A stretch of DNA of 64,000 bases from Candidatus Kerfeldbacteria bacterium. Its GTDB lineage: Bacteria > Patescibacteriota > Patescibacteriia > UBA10025 > JAHIVO01. Below the pieces are notes generated by a model, which had not been told where the DNA came from, ran no database searches, and was given only the letters and a program-made list of their open reading frames with translations. Within the stretch, counting starts at the first letter, position 1. Each line of letters opens with the position of its first letter. The stretch spans positions 271,154 through 335,153 of the forward strand of contig CP181398.1 in the NCBI GenBank assembly GCA_047946875.1. Reading direction: 5' to 3'. Made by a program: the position numbers and the translations under genes. Below, piece after piece: positions 30,062-39,876 of the stretch.

Positions 30062-31798
30062 ATGAATAATTTTAGTTGGAAATTAGGAGGAGAGGCTGGT
30101 TATGGAATATTATCTGCTGGCGCCATGTTTAGTCGAGCTATGTTGAGAGCAGGGTTATACGTTTTTGATTATCCTGAGTATCCATCATTAATTAGGGGAG
30201 GGCATAATACTTTTGAAGTAAGTGTTTCTGATAAAAAAATATTTGCTCCAAGGAGACCAATAAATATATTAGTTGCACTAAATGAAGAGGCAGTTCTTCA
30301 ACATAAAAATGAATTATCTGATGATGCTGCAATTATATATAATTCTAATAATACTACGGTCAAAAAAGAAGAATTTAAAGATACATTGCATATTATTGAA
30401 ATGCCTTTAGATGATATTGCAGTTAAAGCTGGTGCAGAAAAAATTGCTAGAAATGTTGTTTCTTTAGGGGCGACATTCTCATTATTAGGATTACCTTTTG
30501 AGCATATACAAAAAATTGTTGAATTTAATTTTAAATTAAAGAAAAAAGACGATAAAATAATTACTACCAATCTTGCAGCAGCAAAAGCCGGTTATGATTA
30601 TATTAAAGAAGATATTAAAAAAGATTTTCATTATAAAGCTACTACTCAAGATAACCCAGGTAGGATGATAATGACCGGTAATGATGCGATTTCTTGGGGA
30701 GCTATACAAGCAGGTTGTAAATTTTATTCAGCATATCCAATGACTCCTGCAAGCTCAATATTACATACATTTGCTGCTAATGCTAGAAAACATAAATTAG
30801 TTGTTAAACATGTGGAAGATGAAATATCGGCTATCAATACAGCTATAGGGGCATCTTATGCTGGAGTACGGTCAATGACAGGTACTTCTGGGGGTGGATT
30901 TGCATTAATGACAGAAGCTTGGGGGATGGCTGCTATTATGGAAATACCTTTAGTTGTAGTAGAAGCGATGCGCGGTGGTCCATCAACTGGTGTACCTACC
31001 TGGACTTCTCAAGCAGATTTAAAATTTTTGTTATCTGCTTCTCAAGGTGAATTTCCACGTTTTGTAATAGCGCCTGGTGATGTTGAACAATGTTATAATT
31101 TAATTCAGGATGCATTCAATATTGCTGAAAAATATCAAACGCCTGTAATGTTTATAACTGATAAAATGTTAGCTTCTAGTCATAAATGGTTAGAACAAAA
31201 AGATTTGCAAAAAGTAAAGATTGATAGAGGCAAAGTTCTAACAGAAAAAGAGTTAGAGGGTATAGATGAATACAAACGTTTTGCTTTCCGAGATGACGGT
31301 ATTTCTCCAAGATCTTTGCCGGGTATGAAGGGTGGAGAGTATGTATCAAATAGTGATGAGCATGATGAATTTGGCTATTCAGAAGAAGGTGCAGAAGAGA
31401 TCACTAATATGATGAATAAGAGATATCATAAAGAATATTTAGCCGAAAAAGAATTACCACAACCTGAATTAGAAGGCGATAAACATGCAGATGTTACTTT
31501 AATTTCATGGGGATCAACAAGAGGAGCAATTTTAGAAGCAATGGATATTTTAAAGAAAGAAGGTATAAAAGTAAACTTCTTACAAATCAAATATATTAGC
31601 CCTTTCCCATCAGAGACTGTTAAAGAAGTTTTTAAGAAAGCCAAAAAAATTGCTGTTGTGGAGTGTAATAAGACTGGACAATTAGCAGGATGGCTGCGAG
31701 AGCAAACGGGATTAACCCCAGATTATAAAATTTTGAAATATGATGGTCGACCATTTTTCACTCACGAATTAGTTGAAACAATTAAAGATCTTAAATAA
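30062..31798 (+). CDS. korA: 2-oxoacid:ferredoxin oxidoreductase alpha (gamma-alpha fusion)
   Basis: 'GGEAGYG', 'IRGGHN', 'YPMTPAS', 'EDEISA', 'RGGPSTGVPT'. Confidence 0.9.
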   Translation: MNNFSWKLGGEAGYGILSAGAMFSRAMLRAGLYVFDYPEYPSLIRGGHNTFEVSVSDKKIFAPRRPINILVALNEEAVLQHKNELSDDAAIIYNSNNTTVKKEEFKDTLHIIEMPLDDIAVKAGAEKIARNVVSLGATFSLLGLPFEHIQKIVEFNFKLKKKDDKIITTNLAAAKAGYDYIKEDIKKDFHYKATTQDNPGRMIMTGNDAISWGAIQAGCKFYSAYPMTPASSILHTFAANARKHKLVVKHVEDEISAINTAIGASYAGVRSMTGTSGGGFALMTEAWGMAAIMEIPLVVVEAMRGGPSTGVPTWTSQADLKFLLSASQGEFPRFVIAPGDVEQCYNLIQDAFNIAEKYQTPVMFITDKMLASSHKWLEQKDLQKVKIDRGKVLTEKELEGIDEYKRFAFRDDGISPRSLPGMKGGEYVSNSDEHDEFGYSEEGAEEITNMMNKRYHKEYLAEKELPQPELEGDKHADVTLISWGSTRGAILEAMDILKKEGIKVNFLQIKYISPFPSETVKEVFKKAKKIAVVECNKTGQLAGWLREQTGLTPDYKILKYDGRPFFTHELVETIKDLK

Positions 31799-31799
31799 T

Positions 31800-32657
31800 A
31801 TGCCTACACAAAAAGATTATACAAGTAATTATAAACCAACCTGGTGTCCTGGATGCGGTAATTTTAGTATTTCACCAGCCACTAAAAAAGCATTTTCAGA
31901 TTTGAATTTAGATACTCATAAAATCATGATGTCTTTTGGTATTGGTTGTTCATCTAATGGTGCAAATTTTTATAATTTATATTCTGTACATGGTATCCAT
32001 GGTAGAGCTTTGCCTGTTGCAGTTGGTGTAAAATTAGCAAATCAAGAAATGACAGTGTTGGCTGATTCTGGTGATGGTGATGCTTATGGTGAAGGATTGA
32101 GTCATTTCATAAGTACTGCCAGAAGTGATGTAAATATTACTTATCTTGTACATGATAATCACCTATATAGTTTAACTAAAGGACAAATGTCACCAACATC
32201 ACTCAGGGGAATGAAGACTAAGTCTACACCTTTTGGATCTTTAAATGAGCCATTTAATCCTTTAGCTACTGCTATAATTAATGGTGCTACATTTGTTGCT
32301 CAAGGTTTTTCTGGTGATATCGCTCATCTTACAGAGTTGATTAAACTCGGTATACAGCATAAAGGTTTTGCATTGATAAATATTTTACAAATATGTCCAA
32401 CCTTTAATAAGTTTAATACTTTTGATTGGTATAAAGAAAGAACATTTCATGTAGAGGATGTACAGCATGATAAGAATGACAAAGATAAGGCTATTGATTT
32501 AGTAACTAAGGATGATGAAAAATTACCACTTGGTGTAATATATCAAGCTGATAAGCCAACTTTTGGGGAACAATTACCTCAGATTGAAGATGAAACATTG
32601 GTTAAACAATCCATTGAAAATATTGACATTTCAGAGTCATTAGAAAATTATAAGTAA
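31800..32657 (+). CDS. korB: 2-oxoacid:ferredoxin oxidoreductase beta subunit
   Basis: 'WCPGCGN', 'GIGCS', 'HGRALP', 'GDGD' TPP motif; ATG at 31800. Confidence 0.9.
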   Translation: MPTQKDYTSNYKPTWCPGCGNFSISPATKKAFSDLNLDTHKIMMSFGIGCSSNGANFYNLYSVHGIHGRALPVAVGVKLANQEMTVLADSGDGDAYGEGLSHFISTARSDVNITYLVHDNHLYSLTKGQMSPTSLRGMKTKSTPFGSLNEPFNPLATAIINGATFVAQGFSGDIAHLTELIKLGIQHKGFALINILQICPTFNKFNTFDWYKERTFHVEDVQHDKNDKDKAIDLVTKDDEKLPLGVIYQADKPTFGEQLPQIEDETLVKQSIENIDISESLENYK

Positions 32658-32665
32658 GTAAAAGT

Positions 32666-33601
32666 ATGAGAGTATTGGTTTCAGGGTCATTGGCTTATGA
32701 TAGGATCATGGATTTTCAAGGTAAATTTCAAGATCATATTTTGCCAGATAAGATTCATATTATTAACGTAAGTTTTTTTATTCCGCAATTACGTCAGAGT
32801 TACGGTGGAACGGCTGGTAATATTGCTTATACATTATCTCTCCTAAAAGAAGAGCCAGTTTTGTTATGTACTCATGGTAACGATTTTAGTGAATATGAAG
32901 CTTGGTGTAAAAAAAATAATATTATAACTCAGTTTTCAAAGCAGATGAAAGATTTACCAACGGCGTCTGTTTATATAATTACTGATAGAAGTGATAATCA
33001 GATTTCTGCCTTTTATCCAGGAGCAATGATTCATTCTAATGGACCTATCTCAAAAGGTTTGTTAAGAAGGGCTGGTTTTGCTATCGTCTCACCAGGTAAT
33101 GTTGAGGATATGAATAAATACGCAAAATTATATAAAAAAGAAAAAACTAAATATATTTACGACCCTGGTCAGCAGATAACTAATTTATCAAAAAAAGATT
33201 TAATATTTGGTATCAATGGTTCAGATGTATTTATTTCTAATGATTATGAGTTATCAATGGTTTTGAAGAAAACAAGATTGACTGAGAAAAAAATATTAAA
33301 TATGTCTAAAGTGTTAATTACCACTTTAGGTGATAAGGGTTCAATAATTAAAACTAAAACACGCAATTATAAAATACCAGTAGCAAAACCAAAGAAAGTA
33401 TTAGATCCTACTGGCGCTGGTGATGCTTATCGAGCTGGATTGATAAGAGCTTTAGTAAATAATTTTGATTTACCAAAAGCGGGGAGATTAGCAGCTTTAA
33501 CTAGTGTTTATGCAGTAGAGAATTATGGTACTCAATCTCATAGTTTCAAATTAGCCGATTTAAAGAAGCGTTTCAAACAAAATTTTAAGGAGAATTTGTA
33601 A
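32666..33601 (+). CDS. PfkB-family carbohydrate/nucleoside kinase (adenosine kinase-like)
   Basis: 'GSLAYD', 'GGTAGNIAY', 'DPGQQ', 'DPTGAGDAYRAG'. Confidence 0.88.
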   Translation: MRVLVSGSLAYDRIMDFQGKFQDHILPDKIHIINVSFFIPQLRQSYGGTAGNIAYTLSLLKEEPVLLCTHGNDFSEYEAWCKKNNIITQFSKQMKDLPTASVYIITDRSDNQISAFYPGAMIHSNGPISKGLLRRAGFAIVSPGNVEDMNKYAKLYKKEKTKYIYDPGQQITNLSKKDLIFGINGSDVFISNDYELSMVLKKTRLTEKKILNMSKVLITTLGDKGSIIKTKTRNYKIPVAKPKKVLDPTGAGDAYRAGLIRALVNNFDLPKAGRLAALTSVYAVENYGTQSHSFKLADLKKRFKQNFKENL

Positions 33602-33698
33602 ATATTAATTTTAAACATAGGATTGCATTAAATATTGACTGTTTTATTATATTCTGTTAAACTTTTTTGAAAAGAAAAAAAGAACTTTGATATAGGAG

Positions 33699-34265
33699 GT
33701 GGTAATGTTTCTTTGGTTAGAAAAGTTATTTGCCATTAAAGACGATAGATTGCCCATTAATGCGGATGTTGTAATAGGTATTGGTATTGATGTATCAAAA
33801 GATGGTAGATCAGCAAGTCCCTATTCAAAATCTGTAGCTGAAAAGTGCTTAAAGTTATATAAGCAGGACAAAATAGCTAATGTGTTATTGGTAGGAGGTT
33901 ACCCAGTTGGTTTAGCTCTCAATGAGGCACAGGCTATGAGAAATTGTATTAGTCGTTCAGTAGATGTTGATAGTCTATTTTTGGAGGAAAACAGTTTTCG
34001 TACATATTTGAATGCTGATTACTGTTTGCCAATAGTTCAGAAACATGGATGGACTAAGGTGATTATCGTTGCTCAGCAATGGCATGCTCGACGTGTCAAA
34101 GCTACTTTTAAGAAGCGTTGGGCTGGTACAGGTATTAAGATCTATGTAGTTAAAGCGTGGTCTGATTATGGTGGTGGATCACAAAGTCGCCTCGATCATT
34201 TTCTATCATTTGCAGCTTGGGACACCTTGTCTTTTATACTTTCGTATTTTAAAGGCTGGTGCTGA
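33699..34265 (+). CDS. YdcF/DUF218 family protein
   Basis: 'VGG....NEAQAM', 'LEENSFRTYLNA', 'WHARRV'. Confidence 0.8.
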   Translation: MVMFLWLEKLFAIKDDRLPINADVVIGIGIDVSKDGRSASPYSKSVAEKCLKLYKQDKIANVLLVGGYPVGLALNEAQAMRNCISRSVDVDSLFLEENSFRTYLNADYCLPIVQKHGWTKVIIVAQQWHARRVKATFKKRWAGTGIKIYVVKAWSDYGGGSQSRLDHFLSFAAWDTLSFILSYFKGWC

Positions 34266-34300
34266 CGAAGTTAAAATAGATGATTTGTAATAAAAGTCAT

Positions 34301-34732
34301 CTATTTTTTATTTGCTAAATATGATTCAAATGCAGGGTATAGGTTTTCTATTATATCATATTTTTTGTAATCCTTTGGATTAATCCACTCATATTTATAA
34401 TGTTCTGAGCTAAGAGTTACCGCATTAGTTTTTGCTTCGCAATTAAAGAATACTCTGACAATATGCCAAGTTTCTTTTTTTGTTTCTGTAAAAGCTTCAT
34501 TAGCAAAAAATGATTCTTTTATATCTATACCTAAACCTACTTCTTCTCTTACTTCTCTGGTTAATGATTGATGGAGTGTTTCTACAGGGTTCATTCTGCC
34601 GCCTGGTATATCATATTTATCTACTTGTGTGTTTGAAGTATGGTCACCTGATTCTTTAACAATAATAATCTTACCTTTATATGTAATAAAAGCTTTGGTA
34701 GCTACGAAAAGTTCTAATTTTTTATCAAGCAT
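34301..34732 (-). CDS. NUDIX hydrolase
   Basis: Nudix box 'PGGRMNPVETLHQSLTREVREEVG'. Confidence 0.9.
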   Translation of the reverse strand: MLDKKLELFVATKAFITYKGKIIIVKESGDHTSNTQVDKYDIPGGRMNPVETLHQSLTREVREEVGLGIDIKESFFANEAFTETKKETWHIVRVFFNCEAKTNAVTLSSEHYKYEWINPKDYKKYDIIENLYPAFESYLANKK

Positions 34733-35057
34733 ATATTATTGCTCCTATTACTACTAAGGCATCCATAATGATTAAACCTGTATACATTAATATTAATGGT
34801 TTTTCTTTATGAACTATGCCATAAATTAGCCAGATAATTGCTAGCACTGTAAAACCTATCCAAGAAGGAATAGATACGCCCGCTGCTTCTTTATTGATCC
34901 AAACTTCTATTGCTTGAGGAATCACTAAGATTGGTCCTGCTATTCCAGCCGCGTATATTACCTTATCTAGAAATTTGGTAAATTTTCTCTCACTAGGAAA
35001 ATTTTCTAGACGTGGTAAGTGAAATCTTTTTCTTTGATGTAAATGAAATATTGACAT
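34725..35057 (-). CDS. SemiSWEET/PQ-loop membrane protein
   Basis: 'IPQAIEVW...AAGVS', 3 TM helices, 'WLIYG'. Confidence 0.75.
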   Translation of the reverse strand: MSIFHLHQRKRFHLPRLENFPSERKFTKFLDKVIYAAGIAGPILVIPQAIEVWINKEAAGVSIPSWIGFTVLAIIWLIYGIVHKEKPLILMYTGLIIMDALVVIGAIIYA

Positions 35058-35058
35058 A

Positions 35059-35991
35059 TTAGTTACTATTACTTATTTCTTTAAGTATATCATGGATTTG
35101 TTTTAAGGAGGTAACGCTGACCAGTTTAGATCTATAATTGGTGGCATTAGGGATACCTTTTACGTAAGCGAGTAGATGTTTTCTAATTTCTAGCATGCCA
35201 ACTTTGTCACTTTTTGTTTCGAATAAAAACTGAGCATGCTTATTTATTAGTTGAATTTTCTCAGAGAAAGATTTTGGTTGTTGTTCAGTAAAAACCCATG
35301 GATTTCCGATAGCAGCTCGACCAATCATAAAACCGTCTAAATTTTTCAATTTTTTATTGCCATCTTCTAGGGAATAAATATCGCCATTGCCAATAACGGG
35401 GATAGCTAGCTGTTTTTTTAGTTCATAAATAGGGTTAAAATCTGCTGTATCTGAAAATCCCTGTTCATAAGTACGACCATGAATAGTTAAAAGTTGAGCG
35501 CCAGCATTTTCAATACCTTTACCAAATTTAATAAGATCGTTAGAGCTGTCCCAGCCTAATCTTGTTTTAACTGAAACCGGCAGGGAGGTTGTTTTAGCTA
35601 AAGTTTCTACTAACTTGAATGCAAGGTCGGGTTTTTTACGTAGGGCTACACCATGCTCAGATTTAACTACTTTTTTGGCAGGGCAGCCCATATTAATATC
35701 TATACCAGCGAAACCTTGTTCTTCACAGTATTTAGCAGCTGTGATGAAGGTCTTAGTATTTTTTCCAAAGATTTGGGCAATGATTGGATATTCTGATTGA
35801 TCAAATTCAAACTTTTGTTGTAATTTTTTTGCACCGTGATGTAGTCCATCTGCTGAAGCAAATTCTGTAAATACAATAATATCTTTGTTAACTTCTTTAC
35901 AAACTCGTCGAAAAGCGCTGTCAGTATATCCGTCCATCGGTGCCAGGGCTACTATTGGTTTTTTTATATTTTTCCAAAAATCTTTATTCAT
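35059..35991 (-). CDS. dus: tRNA-dihydrouridine synthase
   Basis: 'LAPMDG', 'IDINMGCP', 'VKTRLGW', 'HGRT', 'GNGDI', 'MIGRAAIGNPW'. Confidence 0.93.
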   Translation of the reverse strand: MNKDFWKNIKKPIVALAPMDGYTDSAFRRVCKEVNKDIIVFTEFASADGLHHGAKKLQQKFEFDQSEYPIIAQIFGKNTKTFITAAKYCEEQGFAGIDINMGCPAKKVVKSEHGVALRKKPDLAFKLVETLAKTTSLPVSVKTRLGWDSSNDLIKFGKGIENAGAQLLTIHGRTYEQGFSDTADFNPIYELKKQLAIPVIGNGDIYSLEDGNKKLKNLDGFMIGRAAIGNPWVFTEQQPKSFSEKIQLINKHAQFLFETKSDKVGMLEIRKHLLAYVKGIPNATNYRSKLVSVTSLKQIHDILKEISNSN

Positions 35992-36003
35992 TCAATTCCG
36001 ACA

Positions 36004-36951
36004 TTACCTTTTGATATTAAATAAATTTATTAATACTTGTTCAGCAATGTTATTTATTGGGTTTTCAGCAGATCTGCTTTGCATATATATTCCGGGATTA
36101 TCATTTACTTCAGTTATTGCGCCACCAGTTTTTTTATATGATTTGGTAATATCAGTAGTCATAAAATCAAATCCAGCAAAAACCATATCTAGCTCCTTCA
36201 TAGCTTTTAGACAAGCTTTAATGTAATCAGGGTGAACTGTTTTGATATCAAGATTATAGGTAGTGCCTCCTAGGTGTGCATTAGCTCTGTCTCGTAAGTA
36301 AATCTTTTCATCGTCTTTTGGTATTGAATTAATAGTGAGTTGTTGAGCTTTCAATTTATGAAGGACTTCTTGTCCAATAGTAATTGGGTGGGGTAATTTT
36401 CTATTTTTTAATTTAATTAATTCTTTGATTGTTTTTTTACCATCACCAGTTATTTTAGCTGGGAAGCGTTTAGTGACTGCTAGGACTTTATTTTTGCATA
36501 TTAATATCCTATGATCGTAACCAGAATAAAACTTCTCTATTAAAATAAATTTATAATATTTCTTTATCTTTTTAATAGCATTTTTAAGTTGAGATACATT
36601 TTGTATATCAGCAATAATACCCTCACCACCATAACCTTTTATTGGTTTAATGATAACTGGAAATCCTATTTTTTTTGCGAATTTGATGATATCTGAGTTT
36701 GGTTCGTTATAAAAACCTTTATGTGGGAAAACTGGAACATCTCTACTTTTTAAAAATAAATTAGTATGATTTTTTCGATCGGTCATTGCATGAGCTATAG
36801 AATCATTGACATCAGGAGTTGCTTGGTAAAATCTTATTGATTTACTTTTATAAAATATTTCATAGATATAAGAATTGGTAATAGTATACTTTAAGTCAAG
36901 TTTTTTGGCTGCTTTTGTATATATTTTTAGATAATCTCTTGTATAATCCAT
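36004..36951 (-). CDS. ATP-grasp ligase resembling the cyanophycin synthetase/GshF ATP-grasp domain
   Basis: 'FPVIIKP..GYGGEGI', 'RFPAKITGDGKKTIKELI', 'ANAHLGGT', 'EVNDNPG'. Confidence 0.75.
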   Translation of the reverse strand: MDYTRDYLKIYTKAAKKLDLKYTITNSYIYEIFYKSKSIRFYQATPDVNDSIAHAMTDRKNHTNLFLKSRDVPVFPHKGFYNEPNSDIIKFAKKIGFPVIIKPIKGYGGEGIIADIQNVSQLKNAIKKIKKYYKFILIEKFYSGYDHRILICKNKVLAVTKRFPAKITGDGKKTIKELIKLKNRKLPHPITIGQEVLHKLKAQQLTINSIPKDDEKIYLRDRANAHLGGTTYNLDIKTVHPDYIKACLKAMKELDMVFAGFDFMTTDITKSYKKTGGAITEVNDNPGIYMQSRSAENPINNIAEQVLINLFNIKR

Positions 36952-36953
36952 TA

Positions 36954-37892
36954 TTATATTTTTAAAAGATTAATAAGAACTTGTTCACCAATATCTTTAA
37001 TTGGATTGACTGTCGCTGTCATATGTATATCGGTAGCGGGATTATCGTTAATCTCGGTAACACCTGCACCTGTTTTTTTGTACGATTTTGTAATATCTGT
37101 GGTCATAAGATCTAATCCTGCTAATTTGAGATTAAGAAGTTTAACTGCTTTCATACTTATTTTAATATTATCTGGATGTACTGTTTTAATATTAACGTTT
37201 TCGGTTGTGCCACCAAGGGCTGCATTTGCTCTAAATCTTAAATATAAGGTTTTATTGAGTGGCAAAATAGATTTCAAAGTTAATTTTTTTGATTTCAGCA
37301 TATCTTTTACTTCTTGATCTATTTTTACCGGTTTTGGGAGATGTTTATTTTTTTTATTGATAAGTTTCAAGATTGAGTTGACACCATCACCTATGATGGA
37401 GGCTGGAAATCTTTTGGTGACTGCTAATAATTTATCGTTAACTATTAAAATACGATAATCCCAGCCAGGATAGTATTTCTCAATAATAATATTTTTATCA
37501 ATTTTTGTTGCAGTAATTATCGATTTTTTTAATTCCGATTGATTAATAATATTTACAGTTATGCCCATACCACAAAGACCAGCCACAGGCTTTACAACTA
37601 CTGGAAATTTTAGTGATTTTGTGTATTTTAATATTTCAGAAAATTTAGCGTTGTTAAATTTTTTTTGTTCAAAAACCGGGACGTTATTTTTTTTTAAGAA
37701 TTCATTTGTCATGTTTTTGTATTTTGTGATAATGTGTGCAACTGCGTTATTTTTGCTACACATTGCAAAATAAAATCTGACTTTATCTTTTTTATAAAAT
37801 ATATCAATCAAAAAAGCATTATGAAGTTTTATTTTTAATCCGAGTTTTCTAGCTGCCTGGGAATAGAATTTAGCGTAAAAGTAAGGTTTCAT
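36954..37892 (-). CDS. Second CphA/GshF-like ATP-grasp ligase (paralog of adjacent gene)
   Basis: 'FPVVVKP', 'RFPASIIGDG', 'ANAALGGT', 'DITKSYKKTG' shared with neighbour. Confidence 0.75.
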   Translation of the reverse strand: MKPYFYAKFYSQAARKLGLKIKLHNAFLIDIFYKKDKVRFYFAMCSKNNAVAHIITKYKNMTNEFLKKNNVPVFEQKKFNNAKFSEILKYTKSLKFPVVVKPVAGLCGMGITVNIINQSELKKSIITATKIDKNIIIEKYYPGWDYRILIVNDKLLAVTKRFPASIIGDGVNSILKLINKKNKHLPKPVKIDQEVKDMLKSKKLTLKSILPLNKTLYLRFRANAALGGTTENVNIKTVHPDNIKISMKAVKLLNLKLAGLDLMTTDITKSYKKTGAGVTEINDNPATDIHMTATVNPIKDIGEQVLINLLKI

Positions 37893-38737
37893 TATTTGTT
37901 TTGTTTATTGTATAGGTATTCAATCATTTGTGCCGCTATGTCAGTTCCTGTAATTTGTTGGGCTCGAGGAAAGAAGCAAGGATAATTTACTTCTGTGAGA
38001 TAATGTTTATTATTATGTATTAGGATATCTACTCCGCCAAATTCTAGATTTAATAATTGAACTGCTTTAATAGCGGTATCTTTAATATCTTTTGGAAATT
38101 TCTTAGTAATAACTTTGGGATTTCCTACATTTGATCTAAAGTCATCTTTTGGTGCTTGATATTCTATACTATCTATCACTTTATCTCCTAAGACCACAAG
38201 TCTGGCAGAAGAAGTAACAGGAATATATTCTCTGATCATTACTTTAGCCTCATCATTTCTAAGATAGTCTAGAACAGAGAATAGAGATTCTATTGAATCA
38301 ACTTTCATAACTCCGACTCCATGGCTTTTACCAGATACTTTAACTATATAAGGAGGACCATTAAGGTCTTGAATTTGGGATTCAATATTTTTTTTGTCCT
38401 TTGTAATGATAAATATAGTTTTTGGGGTAGGTACTCCATTCTCTATATAAATTTTTTCATCAGCTGCAGCATTCATACCACCATGGAGAGCTTTACGATA
38501 ATCCGTATAAAATGTAGCTACTTTTTCATTGAGTAATTCTATTTCTATTTGTCTGGCATAGGGGGTAGTATTAGCTCGATAAAGCGCATCTTTTGTGGTT
38601 GGTTTTTTAAAATTTTTTTCAGGGTAAGTTCTAATATCTACATAAATTAGATCCACCTCGTTATTTTTTTTACAGGCATTTACAAAAGTATCATTGATTT
38701 GTGAATTGGATTCACTGGATATTAAATAAAATTTCAT
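37892..38737 (-). CDS. RimK/LysX-family ATP-grasp ligase
   Basis: 'GVPTPKT', 'GKSHGVGV', 'DFRSNV', 'FGGVDIL', 'EVN'. Confidence 0.8.
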   Translation of the reverse strand: MKFYLISSESNSQINDTFVNACKKNNEVDLIYVDIRTYPEKNFKKPTTKDALYRANTTPYARQIEIELLNEKVATFYTDYRKALHGGMNAAADEKIYIENGVPTPKTIFIITKDKKNIESQIQDLNGPPYIVKVSGKSHGVGVMKVDSIESLFSVLDYLRNDEAKVMIREYIPVTSSARLVVLGDKVIDSIEYQAPKDDFRSNVGNPKVITKKFPKDIKDTAIKAVQLLNLEFGGVDILIHNNKHYLTEVNYPCFFPRAQQITGTDIAAQMIEYLYNKQNK

Positions 38738-39052
38738 AATTTGATATTTATGTTAGTAAAAGTCTAAATATTAGTTATATTATACTAAAAATCAGCCAAA
38801 AATCAAGTTTAGTAATATTTTGCTTAAATTTATTATAACGCCGTATATCAAGCGGAAAGCTTAAGTGTAGATGAATTATAGACTGAGTGTAGAGGGGATT
38901 ATGGGGTGAATATTATTTGATTTTAAACTTTGTAATTCTTTTCATGTACTTATTATTAATCTTTTTAACTAGAATAAATCTTATTTATATCTACATATTT
39001 ATACCGTTTTTAAAGCAAAATTATAGAAATAAGATAAATTATAAGTTTCCTA

Positions 39053-39081
39053 TTGACAAGTTAAAAGATATAGTTTAAACT
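39053..39081 (+). promoter_or_regulatory. sigma70-type promoter of two-gene islet
   Basis: TTGACA, 17 bp, TAAACT. Confidence 0.5.
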
Positions 39082-39111
39082 TATATCAGTTTATTATTAA
39101 TATAAATAATT

Positions 39112-39876
39112 ATGGAAGACACAAATTTAGACCAAAAAATAAGTGGAAAGAGGGAGCGTAGTACGGCTTATCCAGCTATTTCTCTAGAAGACGCTATAAC
39201 TTATAGCGAAAAGTTGATTTTAGCTTATCCTAGGCATGATTTTGATAGAGAATCAGCTGTTAAGGCAATGGGCTTTAATTCAATTAGTGGTGCTTCTGCT
39301 CCAAAAGTTGCTGCATTAGTTCATTATGGACTTTTAGAGAGAGGGAAAGGAAGTACTTATAAAAATACTGATCTCGCTGAACGTATTTGTAATTATGAAG
39401 AGGAGCAAGAGAAAAATGAAGCAATTCGTGAAGCTGTGATGCGACCAAAATTATTTAATTCATTAATAAATGATTATACTAATCGTGCTATTCCCGTTAC
39501 ATTAAATAACGTTCTTATTCGCCAATACAAGATTAGTAGTAAGGTATCCGATAATGCCGTCCAAACATTCAAAGATTCTGTTGAGTTTGCTGGTATATAT
39601 CAAAATGGAGTACTTAATGATTCAGCTGGAGAGTTAAAGGGTCAAAATATGTCAAATGTACAAGCAGAGCCTGAAAAGAAACCTTCTATTTCAGGCCTTT
39701 ATAGTGTACCTTTACCAAGTGGTGCAGTCGTATCTTACCCTTCAGACATTGCTTTCTATTTACAGACAAATGAAGATTACACAAAAGCTCTCGAGTCTTT
39801 AGAAAAAGTAGTGCGGGCTGCACTTATTAAAAAGAATGAGGAAATACAACCAAATGGAGATGTTGCCACAGAATAA
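39112..39876 (+). CDS. Hypothetical protein with winged-helix-like N-terminus
   Basis: 'YPAISLEDAI...AMGF...KVAALVHYGLLER' pattern. Confidence 0.65.
   Translation: MEDTNLDQKISGKRERSTAYPAISLEDAITYSEKLILAYPRHDFDRESAVKAMGFNSISGASAPKVAALVHYGLLERGKGSTYKNTDLAERICNYEEEQEKNEAIREAVMRPKLFNSLINDYTNRAIPVTLNNVLIRQYKISSKVSDNAVQTFKDSVEFAGIYQNGVLNDSAGELKGQNMSNVQAEPEKKPSISGLYSVPLPSGAVVSYPSDIAFYLQTNEDYTKALESLEKVVRAALIKKNEEIQPNGDVATE

Noticed and set aside
36004-37892. Calling these genes cyanophycin synthetase cphA
   Set aside because: Only about 315 aa each with no Mur-ligase domain, and no cyanophycinase nearby
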